A DNA stretch of 32,000 nt from Erysipelotrichaceae bacterium (GCA_028698185.1 JAQVDW010000007.1:51977-83976), one strand, 5' to 3'; counted from the stretch's first letter, positions 10,685 through 18,982 are shown. Translations and numbers: made by a program. The notes: generated by a model not told the origin, from the sequence alone.

Positions 10685-11079
10685 TGCAACCTCCATAAAT
10701 ATATTTCTTTGATCTTTTCGTCGCGGTCGAAATATTTCTTTTGCTCCCTCGGGATGGGGGCGGTTTCGACATGCTCGCCTCCAAGCTTAGCGATAATTTT
10801 TTTGCTTGGCTCGTTGCCAGGATCGCAGGTCAAAACGACCTGGTCATAGCCCAGTTCTTCAATTAACGGTTTCAAAAGCCGACAGGCTTCAAGACTTTTG
10901 TTTTGGCCGCGGTATTCCGGTTTGATCGTGTAGCCGACATGGCCGTCATACCAGTGGTCGCCAAGGGTCCCCAACCGGAACACAATCCGTCCGATTTCCG
11001 CTTCACCTTCCTTGATAAGGTAGATATAATAGCTGCCCAGGATGCCATCCTGGACAAATTCCAACAGTTCCAATTCCAT
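10681..11079 (-). CDS. GNAT-family N-acetyltransferase, first gene of the sbcDC operon
   Basis: 132 aa with a GNAT core (GYTIKPEYRGQNKSLEA...). Its TGA overlaps the sbcD ATG (ATGA). AGGAGG RBS. Confidence 0.7.
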   Translation of the reverse strand: MELELLEFVQDGILGSYYIYLIKEGEAEIGRIVFRLGTLGDHWYDGHVGYTIKPEYRGQNKSLEACRLLKPLIEELGYDQVVLTCDPGNEPSKKIIAKLGGEHVETAPIPREQKKYFDRDEKIKEIYLWRLQ

Positions 11080-11105
11080 AAGCAGTCGTCATCCTCCTGT
11101 TCTCC

Positions 11106-11114
11106 ATTATAGCA
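11106..11114 (-). promoter_or_regulatory. Extended -10 promoter element (TGCTATAAT) for GNAT-sbcDC
   Basis: Minus strand reads TGCTATAAT about 27 nt upstream of the GNAT ATG, between the gene and the IS1595 end. No good -35 element. Confidence 0.4.
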
Positions 11115-11153
11115 CATTATTCCACCGGCAATCGCCAATCTCGCATACAAACC

Positions 11154-11161
11154 CGAATTTA
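11154..11161. repeat. Left 8-bp target-site duplication (CGAATTTA) of the IS1595 element
   Basis: Identical to 12306..12313 and immediately outside the terminal inverted repeat. Confidence 0.85.
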
Positions 11162-12305
11162 GGCTATGTTAGCCCAAAGAAATGCTTTCATAGATGAAGC
11201 CTGTTCCAATATAATTTTCTCGCCTAAAATCACAATGGCATTGATAGATATCTACAAAATAATCATGTACGTCTCTAGCTCTTGTTTCAATCATGTATGC
11301 GATATAGGCCAGGTATTCATTGAGGTATTTTGAAGATATCCCATTGTGTTTTTTCATATACTTTTCGATTTGAGAATGCACATAGTTGACGTGATTTATG
11401 TGGTAGATTCCTCGCTTTGCCTTACTTTTTGCTGGAAAAGCATAGTGGTTAATTTGTAAGCTTTCACTTAATCTTCTATATACGTATAATCCATCCGTAC
11501 ACAGCGTTGTTGCTTTTTGAAGGTGCTTTAAATATACAGCGGTTGTCGTTTCGTTATCAAGTGTTGTCGATCCGATCTTAGCAACCTTTAGTAATATATG
11601 GCCGTTCCTGTCAACGGCGCTTGCTATTTGCACGGCATCGGTTATATTTTGGTCTTTCTTGTCTCTGCGGTTACCTTTTCGTCCTCTCTTATAGGGCTTC
11701 CTGGGTAATGGATTTTCCGCATGTTTGCTGTGATTTCCTGAATAGCTGATGTTCACGCTCATTTCATCTAATTCCACAATCCCGCTAAGCTCAACAGTTT
11801 CCATCCTGTGAGCTAGGGCATTCAATATTTTATGGCGCATGAAAAAACTGCATTTTAACGACACTCCTGCATATTTGGCACAGTCCCTTAAATCTTCGTC
11901 ATGGCTCATTATTATCAGATACTTAAGCCAGGTTATATAGGAAAGTTTGGTATTCTCCAAAATTGTACCAACATACGGAGTGAAAGTTTTACCGCAATCA
12001 ATGCATCTAAAACGTTGTGTTCTGTTTTTGTAGTGCCCATCTCTTTTAATATGATGGTGCCCGCAACGAGGGCACGAAATAGAGTCGTTGTGTTTGGCTT
12101 CTAATGCATCCACAAGAATCTTGGTGTAATCATTTAGAAGTTGACGGTCCTGAATGAAAACAATTAGGGCGTTTAAATCATCGCTGTTTAAGGTATCCAT
12201 TTCATTCTTGATTTTTTCTAATTCCATGGTTATCCCACCTCTTCTTCATTATACACCTAATTTCATAGGAAAAGTGGATAAACATCTTTATGGGCTAACA
12301 TAGCC
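11162..12305 (-). mobile_element. Complete IS1595-family insertion sequence (1144 bp)
   Basis: Perfect 15-bp terminal inverted repeats (GGCTATGTTAGCCCA at 11162..11176 and its reverse complement at 12291..12305). Flanked by an 8-bp direct repeat. Contains a single transposase ORF. GC is lower than in the flanks. Confidence 0.88.
11169..12227 (-). CDS. IS1595-family transposase (N-terminal zinc finger plus ISXO2-like DDE domain)
   Basis: Contains CPRCGHHHIKRDG...FRCIDCGKTF followed by a DDE-type domain. The stop codon lies inside the terminal IR. Confidence 0.85.
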   Translation of the reverse strand: MELEKIKNEMDTLNSDDLNALIVFIQDRQLLNDYTKILVDALEAKHNDSISCPRCGHHHIKRDGHYKNRTQRFRCIDCGKTFTPYVGTILENTKLSYITWLKYLIIMSHDEDLRDCAKYAGVSLKCSFFMRHKILNALAHRMETVELSGIVELDEMSVNISYSGNHSKHAENPLPRKPYKRGRKGNRRDKKDQNITDAVQIASAVDRNGHILLKVAKIGSTTLDNETTTAVYLKHLQKATTLCTDGLYVYRRLSESLQINHYAFPAKSKAKRGIYHINHVNYVHSQIEKYMKKHNGISSKYLNEYLAYIAYMIETRARDVHDYFVDIYQCHCDFRRENYIGTGFIYESISLG

Positions 12306-12313
12306 CGAATTTA
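12306..12313. repeat. Right 8-bp target-site duplication (CGAATTTA)
   Basis: Identical to 11154..11161. Confidence 0.85.
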
Positions 12314-12324
12314 CACCTGTACAT

Positions 12325-12349
12325 CAAAAAAATCACCCACTTGGATGAT
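12325..12349 (-). terminator. Intrinsic terminator after luxS
   Basis: Minus strand reads ATCATCCA-ag-TGGGTGAT (one G-U pair) followed by T7. The IS target site lies just beyond it. Confidence 0.5.
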
Positions 12350-12350
12350 T

Positions 12351-12797
12351 TTAGAGATAGTGGTATTCAAATTCCCACTGGCTATCGAGATAATGTCTTA
12401 CTGCCGCTTTTGCTTTGGCCAAATCCATGTAAGTGTAATTGCCGCATTCCTTGGCGCTCGCTCCGGGAATCGGACCATCCCAGGCCACGATTTTTTCACA
12501 GACATCTTTGACCAGATCAGCCACCTTTTCAATTGGCTGGTCTTTGACAATCAGATAGAAACCGGTCATGCATCCCATCGGACCGAAGTAGATGATCTTG
12601 TCCTTGAATTGCCCGTTGCGCAGGATTGTCGCCCCGAGATGTTCGATTGCATGGGCCCCTTTGGGATCGATGGCCGCCTCGAGATTGGGTACGGTCATCC
12701 GCAAATCGTAAGTGACAATATCCCCGTCAACCCGGGACACATAAATGCCCTGAGCCAATTTTTCATGATCAACACTGAAGCTGGTTATTCTTTCCAT
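12351..12797 (-). CDS. luxS: S-ribosylhomocysteine lyase
   Basis: 148 aa with metal-binding HAIEHL and the conserved GCMTGFY segment. AAGGAG RBS. The start overlaps the upstream gene by 13 nt. Confidence 0.88.
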   Translation of the reverse strand: MERITSFSVDHEKLAQGIYVSRVDGDIVTYDLRMTVPNLEAAIDPKGAHAIEHLGATILRNGQFKDKIIYFGPMGCMTGFYLIVKDQPIEKVADLVKDVCEKIVAWDGPIPGASAKECGNYTYMDLAKAKAAVRHYLDSQWEFEYHYL

Positions 12798-14125
12798 ATT
12801 TTTCTCCTTGACGTTTTCCCCATTATATTACCCTGGCTTTGAAATATCAACCGTTTAAGCTGAAGTTTGGGAATCCCAGCGCCCCCCAGCGGCTTGAAAA
12901 CCCGGTCGAGCCGCTTAATCGCGGTGTCGAAGTCACCCGCTTCGATGCAGATGTCATAATAATTTTTCACCGATCCGCAGGTTACGATTCTTTCTGCCTT
13001 GATCAGCTGTTGAAGACAGTCGAGCATCGCCTTTTTCGAGACATCGTTGCGGTATATCTTGAGATAGCTGTAGCCTGGATGATCACCCGAAGGATAGAAC
13101 AGTACTTTGATCTGACTGGCGAACGGCGCATTTTTAAGCCGGATGGCCACCGCCTGCAATTTGACAGTCTGCTCGATGACCATGTAATAAAGGGGCCGGG
13201 AGTCCGCGATATAGTGGCTTTCGTGGATATAGTTGCGATAAGGTGATGTCCGGCATTTCTCGAAGATGCTGGCCTCGACGGGGTTGTTGAACTTGCCATA
13301 ATGGATTACAAGCACGTTGTCTATCAGACAGTTGGCAAAGACATGGAGGCCCTGGCTTTTTAAAAAATCGCAAATCGTCACACCTAGCTCCCGGTTCAAA
13401 GGCAGCGATTTCAAATAACGGTTCTGTTTGATATCATACAAAACCGCCCCGTTGCATGCAACCACCGGCAGGTTCAGATTGATACCCGGAGTCGCTTCGA
13501 TGATTGAGGCCGGTGTGCGCAGCGAGGCGATGGTGAACATGGCCCCCTGCTCGATCATCCGGTTTAGCACGATCCTTGTCGCATCGCCGATCTGCCCGCC
13601 CGGTTTGAACAGTGTGCCCTCAAGGCCCGAAACAAGAAGGACGTCCTTTTGCTTGTGCCGGGGCAGTTCCAGCGAATTTACCCCAATCCCGATGGCAACC
13701 CCAACCATAGTCGCACTGACCCGGCTGGCCACGAAGGCCATCAGGCTGGCATCCCCGCGATGGACAACGGTAATGGACAAAAAGACAACCGCGCTAAAAT
13801 AGGCGGAACTCTTGTAGTTGAACACCGAGGCGGTGTGGAGCACCATCACGGTGACCAGGCTGACCATCAGATAATAAAGATAGCTGCCATTTAAAAAAAT
13901 CCCCGTTATTCCAAGCAACTGGACGCAAATACCATAAAAGGCCCCAATAAGCGTGCCCATGGTCCGCCCCATAGCCATCACCTTGGTCGATCTCGAGTCG
14001 ACCTGAAGGCACTGCAAGGCGCTTATCGAGCTGTAAAACGCCGCCCCCGCGGGCATGATCGGAGCCACGGTGAAACACAGCACCATTGCCACCAACGATT
14101 TGACCAACCTTTTTCCGATTCTCAT
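12785..14125 (-). CDS. Fusion protein: N-terminal FUSC/ArAE-like (DUF939-type) membrane domain plus C-terminal Cof-type HAD-like domain with degenerate catalytic motifs
   Basis: The N-terminus MRIGKRLVKSLVAMV... has about 5 TM helices. The HAD motif I position reads SGLEGTL instead of DLDGTL. Start set at ATG 14125 because the first ATG (14152) sits 2 nt from the -10 box. Confidence 0.65.
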   Translation of the reverse strand: MRIGKRLVKSLVAMVLCFTVAPIMPAGAAFYSSISALQCLQVDSRSTKVMAMGRTMGTLIGAFYGICVQLLGITGIFLNGSYLYYLMVSLVTVMVLHTASVFNYKSSAYFSAVVFLSITVVHRGDASLMAFVASRVSATMVGVAIGIGVNSLELPRHKQKDVLLVSGLEGTLFKPGGQIGDATRIVLNRMIEQGAMFTIASLRTPASIIEATPGINLNLPVVACNGAVLYDIKQNRYLKSLPLNRELGVTICDFLKSQGLHVFANCLIDNVLVIHYGKFNNPVEASIFEKCRTSPYRNYIHESHYIADSRPLYYMVIEQTVKLQAVAIRLKNAPFASQIKVLFYPSGDHPGYSYLKIYRNDVSKKAMLDCLQQLIKAERIVTCGSVKNYYDICIEAGDFDTAIKRLDRVFKPLGGAGIPKLQLKRLIFQSQGNIMGKTSRRKIWKE

Positions 14126-14153
14126 AATAACCAACCCCTTTAATATTATCATG

Positions 14154-14182
14154 ATTATAACACCACCGACAAATAGTTCAAT
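14154..14182 (-). promoter_or_regulatory. Sigma-70 type promoter for the fusion gene-luxS operon
   Basis: Minus strand has TTGAAC (14182..14177), a 17-nt spacer, then TATAAT (14159..14154). Confidence 0.6.
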
Positions 14183-14212
14183 AACTTTTTATCACAGTGA
14201 TATTGTATTATC

Positions 14213-14239
14213 AAAACAAAAACGACCGCTTGCCGGTCG
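14213..14239 (-). terminator. Intrinsic terminator after the UPF0303 gene
   Basis: Minus strand reads CGACCG-gcaag-CGGTCG followed by TTTTTGTTTTG. Confidence 0.6.
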
Positions 14240-14245
14240 CCGTTG

Positions 14246-14698
14246 TTATTTTTTGAGGTAGGTGGCCAGGGCATGGACAATCACCTGATGGTCCTGGTTG
14301 TGTTCAAGTCCGGATACGCAGATGGCTCCGGTGACTTCGCCGTTTTCGATGATCGGGAATCCACCACCGCAAATCGCATGGCTATCATCCTTGATCCAGC
14401 TGGCATATTCATCGTTGTTGGCGACATTCAAGGCGACATAGAGGGAACTGTGGCCGCTTTTGATTGTCGTGTTTTCCTTGCGGACCAGCCAGGTCGCCTC
14501 CCGTTTGCGCTCGTTCATCAGGAAATGAAAGACAAGCAAGCCATGGTGGACGACACGGATGCCCACCGGCAGGTCAAAGTTGTCTTTCACGTATTCATTG
14601 ATGATCAGTCCCAGATTCAAGGCGTCATCATGGACGAATTTCTCGAATTGCAGCGTCTTTTCGTGGCTGATCACATCTTCCAAAGTAAAAGGTTTCAT
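14246..14698 (-). CDS. UPF0303 / heme-degrading-domain (GlcG/DUF336-like) protein
   Basis: 150 aa. The overall pattern, including ...GGGFPI..NGEVTGAICVSGL..., is typical of UPF0303. AGGAG RBS. Lies 8 nt after the upstream oxidoreductase. Confidence 0.7.
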   Translation of the reverse strand: MKPFTLEDVISHEKTLQFEKFVHDDALNLGLIINEYVKDNFDLPVGIRVVHHGLLVFHFLMNERKREATWLVRKENTTIKSGHSSLYVALNVANNDEYASWIKDDSHAICGGGFPIIENGEVTGAICVSGLEHNQDHQVIVHALATYLKK

Positions 14699-14706
14699 TT
14701 TATCTC

Positions 14707-15729
14707 CTATTTCAAATTTTTTACGCCGGTTTCAAGTATTTCCATCTGCAGCATTGTCTGCTTTGGAGTTATGGTCACCGGCAATTTGTTGACAATCGCC
14801 TCATAGAGGTCGTCATAAACCCGGCCGTAATCGCCCTTTCTCGACACGACCTTTTCTTCATGATAGACACCCTGGTCGTCATAGTAGGTCAGGGTGCCGT
14901 AGTGTTCAGGCAAATCCAGCCCGAAATCAGGATTGTCGGGCATATGGAACAGCTTCAGGTGTTCTTCCTGGCGGTCCTTTTTCTCTTTGACAAAGCAGCC
15001 CTTCTTGCCGTAGACAATGAAGCTTGGCCTTTCCTTGACCCTGAAATAGCTTGATTTGACCGAGATTTTCAACACCCCGTAATACAAGTCTAGGTCGAAA
15101 TAGTCGTTCATCCGGCCCTCGCCTAACAGCTGGCGGACATCATAGTGGATCTTGTCTGGGGCGCCAAAATAGCTGATGACCTGGTCGATGGTGTGGCAGC
15201 CATGGCCGTAAAGATATGACAGCGCGGGATCGAAAGAGTCGACGCTTTGGGGCACCTCGGGGCGGTAGTAATCGAAATGCATCTCCATCTCCAGCACTTC
15301 CCCAAGCTTTTTGTTTTCGATCACGTCAATCACGGTCAAAAAGTCACTGTCGAACCGGCGGTTCTGGTAGGCCTGGACGATTTTCCCTTTTTGGTTTGCC
15401 AGATCGAAGATCTCCTTGGCTTGGGCGCTGGTCTCCATGAACGGCTTTTCGACCAGGCAGTGTTTGTCGTGGTTTAAAACCAGTTTGGCATAATCGTAAT
15501 GGAGATTCTGGTCATGGCGGGTGCAAACCACGATCAGATCGATATCATCATCGAGCAACAGGTCGTCAATATTGTCGGTGTATTCAACCCCTGCCACCCG
15601 GTCCCATTCCCTCTTGGCGAGGTTGCGGGCATATATTTTTTTGACCGTAATCCGGTCTTTTCTTTGAAGCACAAACGGCAAGTGGTAGCGGTTGGTGCTT
15701 TTGCCGTTTCCAATATAGGCGATGTTCAT
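14707..15729 (-). CDS. Gfo/Idh/MocA-family NAD(P)-dependent oxidoreductase
   Basis: Start set at ATG 15729 (MNIAYIGNGKSTNRYHLPF, N-terminal Rossmann motif), which has a GGAGGA RBS. The ORF-track N-terminal extension was discarded. Confidence 0.85.
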   Translation of the reverse strand: MNIAYIGNGKSTNRYHLPFVLQRKDRITVKKIYARNLAKREWDRVAGVEYTDNIDDLLLDDDIDLIVVCTRHDQNLHYDYAKLVLNHDKHCLVEKPFMETSAQAKEIFDLANQKGKIVQAYQNRRFDSDFLTVIDVIENKKLGEVLEMEMHFDYYRPEVPQSVDSFDPALSYLYGHGCHTIDQVISYFGAPDKIHYDVRQLLGEGRMNDYFDLDLYYGVLKISVKSSYFRVKERPSFIVYGKKGCFVKEKKDRQEEHLKLFHMPDNPDFGLDLPEHYGTLTYYDDQGVYHEEKVVSRKGDYGRVYDDLYEAIVNKLPVTITPKQTMLQMEILETGVKNLK

Positions 15730-15766
15730 GTTCGTTCCTCCTGGTTGTATTGGCAGTGACAGGCAA

Positions 15767-16714
15767 CTATCTGTCAAAGCTGTCATTGATTTGCTCGAGC
15801 AGCTTGGCGTTTTCTTGATGGGCCTCGAAACCATAGACGCCGCTTTGGGTTTTGCCCTGGGTCACGTCATCGATCAGCGCCTGGATTTCCATTGTCATGT
15901 CATCTCCATTGATCGTGAAATCGCGGCTGATGACACTCTTGTCATCAAGGTTGATCTGGTAATGGGTGATCCGGTTGAACATCGGAATCATGATTGTCCC
16001 TTTTTCACCGGTCACCAATGCGTAGCGGTCCTTGGTCTGGTCGATGGCTCCTTCAAGTATTGCCACGACACCATTGGCGTAAGTCACGGTCGAATTGAAG
16101 TAAGTAACGATTTTCCCATCCTTGGAGCAGGTCGAATCGACAGAAACGACCGGTTGTTTGTTCAGGGCATTGGCAAATCCGATAAGGTAAGGTCCCACGT
16201 CGTTGAGGGCCCCGCCTTGGACCTGGTCGAACAGGTACGAATTCGATCCCTTCATGAATGTGGCATCGAAGCAGAAGTTCGCCTCGATCTTCTCGAGCTT
16301 GCCAATCAACGGCAAGTCCTCGACGAGCTTTTGGGTCCCTTCATTGAAAATGGTCTTGAGCGCCTCGAGGAAATAAGTGTCATTTTTTCTGGCTTCATCG
16401 AGAACCTCGGCCATGTCAGCGCCACTAAGAACCGCCGGCTTTTCGCAAAGCACCGGAATTTTCCTGGTCAGTGCCTTGATGATCCATTCGCGGTGCATGG
16501 CATGAGGCAACGCGATGTAGACGGCCTGGATTTCCGGGTCATCAAGCAGTTCATCATAGTTCCGGTACAGTCTTACTGCCGGGTTGTTTTGAAGATAGCT
16601 GTCCTTTGCAGACAGCGAGTACGATCCTACGGCCACCACCTGCCCTGATGTGGCATTGATGCTGGCGACAAATTTACGGGCGATCTTCCCGAATCCGATT
16701 ATTCCAAATTTCAT
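15767..16714 (-). CDS. Gfo/Idh/MocA-family NAD(P)-dependent oxidoreductase
   Basis: Start set at ATG 16714 (MKFGIIGFGKIARKF), which has an AAGGAG RBS. Contains EKP (LCEKPAV). Confidence 0.85.
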   Translation of the reverse strand: MKFGIIGFGKIARKFVASINATSGQVVAVGSYSLSAKDSYLQNNPAVRLYRNYDELLDDPEIQAVYIALPHAMHREWIIKALTRKIPVLCEKPAVLSGADMAEVLDEARKNDTYFLEALKTIFNEGTQKLVEDLPLIGKLEKIEANFCFDATFMKGSNSYLFDQVQGGALNDVGPYLIGFANALNKQPVVSVDSTCSKDGKIVTYFNSTVTYANGVVAILEGAIDQTKDRYALVTGEKGTIMIPMFNRITHYQINLDDKSVISRDFTINGDDMTMEIQALIDDVTQGKTQSGVYGFEAHQENAKLLEQINDSFDR

Positions 16715-16865
16715 ATGGACTCCTTTTTTCGTTCTGGCAGCGGTTTTTCTGCCTTTGCTACTTCGTAATTGTAACATATCCAAGCGATAAAACAGGTTCA
16801 AAAGAAAAACAGAACCTAAAGTCCCTAAATTTGCCCCGATTTGGAACTATTCCGGACTTTTGGTT

Positions 16866-17651
16866 CTATTTTTTCGTAAAAAGCAGGGCATAGAGGCAGT
16901 TGAAGATGAAGTTGATGGTGATCTGGGAATAGTAGGTTGCCACCTTGTCGTCGATCGACTCCTTTGACGGGAAGGTGATGGTGCAATCGAAATGGCCGCT
17001 TGGCTGCTTTGAGGTTATCATGATGAACTTGCAGCCTCGTCTTCTGGCCTGGACGATCGATGAAATCGGGTTGTTGATGTTTCCCGAATATGAGACGAAG
17101 ATCCCCACATCCCCGCTCTTCATAGAATCAAGATGGGTCGTCTGTTCCCCATACATGTTGGCGATTATGGCCGGAATCTTCAACTTGACTAGGCGGTTGG
17201 AAAAACCGATTGCATTGATCAGGGAGTCCCCGATGCCATATAGGTAGACCCGTTGGGCCTGGAGGATGATTTCGATTGCTTCTTCGAGCTCGTGGTAATC
17301 GATCGATTCGTAGCTCACATCGATCGATTCCTTGGTCAAATCGGCCATTGTCTTGATTATCTCCTGGCTGGTCTGGTCCGGATCGAAGGGATAGTCCATA
17401 TCGACTTCGCGCTGGTGCTTGCGGGCGCGTTCGAGCTCCTTGATTAGCTGCAGCTTGAATTCGCGAAAACCCTTGAGTCCAAGCTTCTTGCAAAGGCGGA
17501 TTATCGTCGCATTTGAGGTGAAGGTAACATTGGCCAATTCCAGGATTGTCAAATCGATGATCGTATCCTTGTTTGCCAGAATATAGGCGACAACTTCCTG
17601 TTCGACATTTGTGAATTCCTTTGAATTCTGCAGTTTCTCTAAAATAGTCAT
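16866..17651 (-). CDS. MurR/RpiR-family transcriptional regulator (HTH_6 plus SIS domain)
   Basis: The N-terminal HTH (LELANVTFTSNATIIRLCKKLGLKGFREFK) is followed by a SIS phosphosugar-binding domain. AAGGAG RBS. Confidence 0.88.
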   Translation of the reverse strand: MTILEKLQNSKEFTNVEQEVVAYILANKDTIIDLTILELANVTFTSNATIIRLCKKLGLKGFREFKLQLIKELERARKHQREVDMDYPFDPDQTSQEIIKTMADLTKESIDVSYESIDYHELEEAIEIILQAQRVYLYGIGDSLINAIGFSNRLVKLKIPAIIANMYGEQTTHLDSMKSGDVGIFVSYSGNINNPISSIVQARRRGCKFIMITSKQPSGHFDCTITFPSKESIDDKVATYYSQITINFIFNCLYALLFTKK

Positions 17652-17725
17652 CGTTGATCTCCTTTACATCTTTGTCCATTAATTCTAACACATTTATACA
17701 TTTGGATGCGCGATTTTTGAATGTT

Positions 17726-17753
17726 GAAAAACCTGCGGATCATCCGCAGGTTT
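17726..17753 (-). terminator. Intrinsic terminator after the AI-2E-family permease gene
   Basis: Perfect 10-bp stem ACCTGCGGAT-g-ATCCGCAGGT followed by TTTTTC on the minus strand. Confidence 0.7.
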
Positions 17754-17760
17754 GGCGTCG

Positions 17761-18825
17761 CTATTTCTTGAGTATGGAGATATCGCCCTCCTGGTCGAGT
17801 TTGTACAGCACCGTCGCGAGAATCGGCAGAATCAACAAGCCGTACAACCCCATCAGCCTGGCCCCGACATACATCAAAATCAGTGTGACCAAAGGATGAA
17901 GTCCGATCTGGTGGCCGACGATCTTGGGTTCGATCACCTGACGGACAATGGTGATCACCCCATACAGGATGCCGATCACAATGCCCATATAGGTGTGCCC
18001 GCTGACTAGAGCGATGATTGTCCAGGGAATCAAAACCGTTCCGGTTCCCAGCACCGGCAGGATATCGACCAAAGCGATCAGGGCGCCAAACAGATATGGC
18101 GTCGGCACTCCGGCGATCAAGAAACCCACCGTCAGCTCGCAAAAGGTGATGGATATGATGGTCGCATAAGCCTTGAAAAACTGGCTTAAGGTCTTTAAAG
18201 TGTGCCGGCCCACAGAGTTGACAAGGACCTGGCGCCCTGCACCGAATTGTCGGGAAATGAATTCGATGATCCGGTAGTAATCGATAGTGAAGAAAAACGA
18301 TGCGACAATCGTGAAGACGAATTTGATCAGCATCGATGGCACCTGTCTCAACACCCCCGTAAGCATTCCGACCACAGTCGAGGAAACGCTGGAGATGATG
18401 GTGAAAATCGACTCGTCGAAATTGGTCAGGATATTGTCGACCATCGGGGCCAGAACCGGCAATCTGGCGGTGAAGTAGCCGGCGATGATGTTGATGGCCG
18501 GCAAAACGGTGGCGGTGTAAATATCGGGCAGGTCCCTGAAAAGCAGCTGAGTAAAGCTGATCACTTTCAATGCGGCCATGGCAAAAGCCATTGCGATCAA
18601 CACATAGAACACCAACAACACCCCGATCGAGACCGTTGCCCGCTGGATCTTGAACCGTGTCTGAATCTTGTCGATTATCTTGCGAAAAACCATCGCGATA
18701 AAAAGCCCGATTATGAAGGGCATGACAAACGACAGGACATATTTGATCCCGACATAGACAATAAGCAGCAAAATTACGATATAGACAAAACGGATGATAA
18801 AAGCTCTTTGTTTTTCCAGACTCAT
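17761..18825 (-). CDS. AI-2E family (PerM/UPF0118) transporter
   Basis: Polytopic membrane protein of about 350 aa with the family-typical C-terminal half (ILPVLGTG...IPW...). Start set at ATG 18825 (MSLEKQ), which has better RBS spacing than 18834. Confidence 0.8.
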   Translation of the reverse strand: MSLEKQRAFIIRFVYIVILLLIVYVGIKYVLSFVMPFIIGLFIAMVFRKIIDKIQTRFKIQRATVSIGVLLVFYVLIAMAFAMAALKVISFTQLLFRDLPDIYTATVLPAINIIAGYFTARLPVLAPMVDNILTNFDESIFTIISSVSSTVVGMLTGVLRQVPSMLIKFVFTIVASFFFTIDYYRIIEFISRQFGAGRQVLVNSVGRHTLKTLSQFFKAYATIISITFCELTVGFLIAGVPTPYLFGALIALVDILPVLGTGTVLIPWTIIALVSGHTYMGIVIGILYGVITIVRQVIEPKIVGHQIGLHPLVTLILMYVGARLMGLYGLLILPILATVLYKLDQEGDISILKK

Positions 18826-18982
18826 ATTCACCATTCCTTTTCACATTCATCCAGGTTTTTTAGAACATCAGTACCTCTCTACCAAAATTGTACTTTTAAT
18901 GGACATCAATTGCAAGTCAAGATATCACACAAAGCCCGATTCAGCCGGAAATATTTCAAACGATTTTCAATTCGAGAAATTA

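Noticed and set aside
15722-16648. 308-aa plus-strand ORF antisense to the second Gfo/Idh/MocA gene. Similar antisense ORFs occur at 27977..28630 (in hydG), 26253..26807 (in hydF), 2063..2551 and 12345..12842.
   Set aside because: They have no RBS and no recognisable domains, and each is fully contained in a strongly supported gene on the opposite strand.
12351-18825. A possible functional quorum-sensing unit formed by luxS and the AI-2E-family transporter about 5 kb away.
   Set aside because: The two are separated by an unrelated sugar-type cluster and by several terminators. The AI-2E family is large and most members have no shown link to AI-2. Proximity alone is not evidence.
17648-18850. 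400-aa minus-strand ORF overlapping the AI-2E permease gene in another frame.
   Set aside because: The product is a biased R/G/H/D-rich string with no motifs. The alternative frame encodes a coherent polytopic membrane protein with a proper RBS and terminator.
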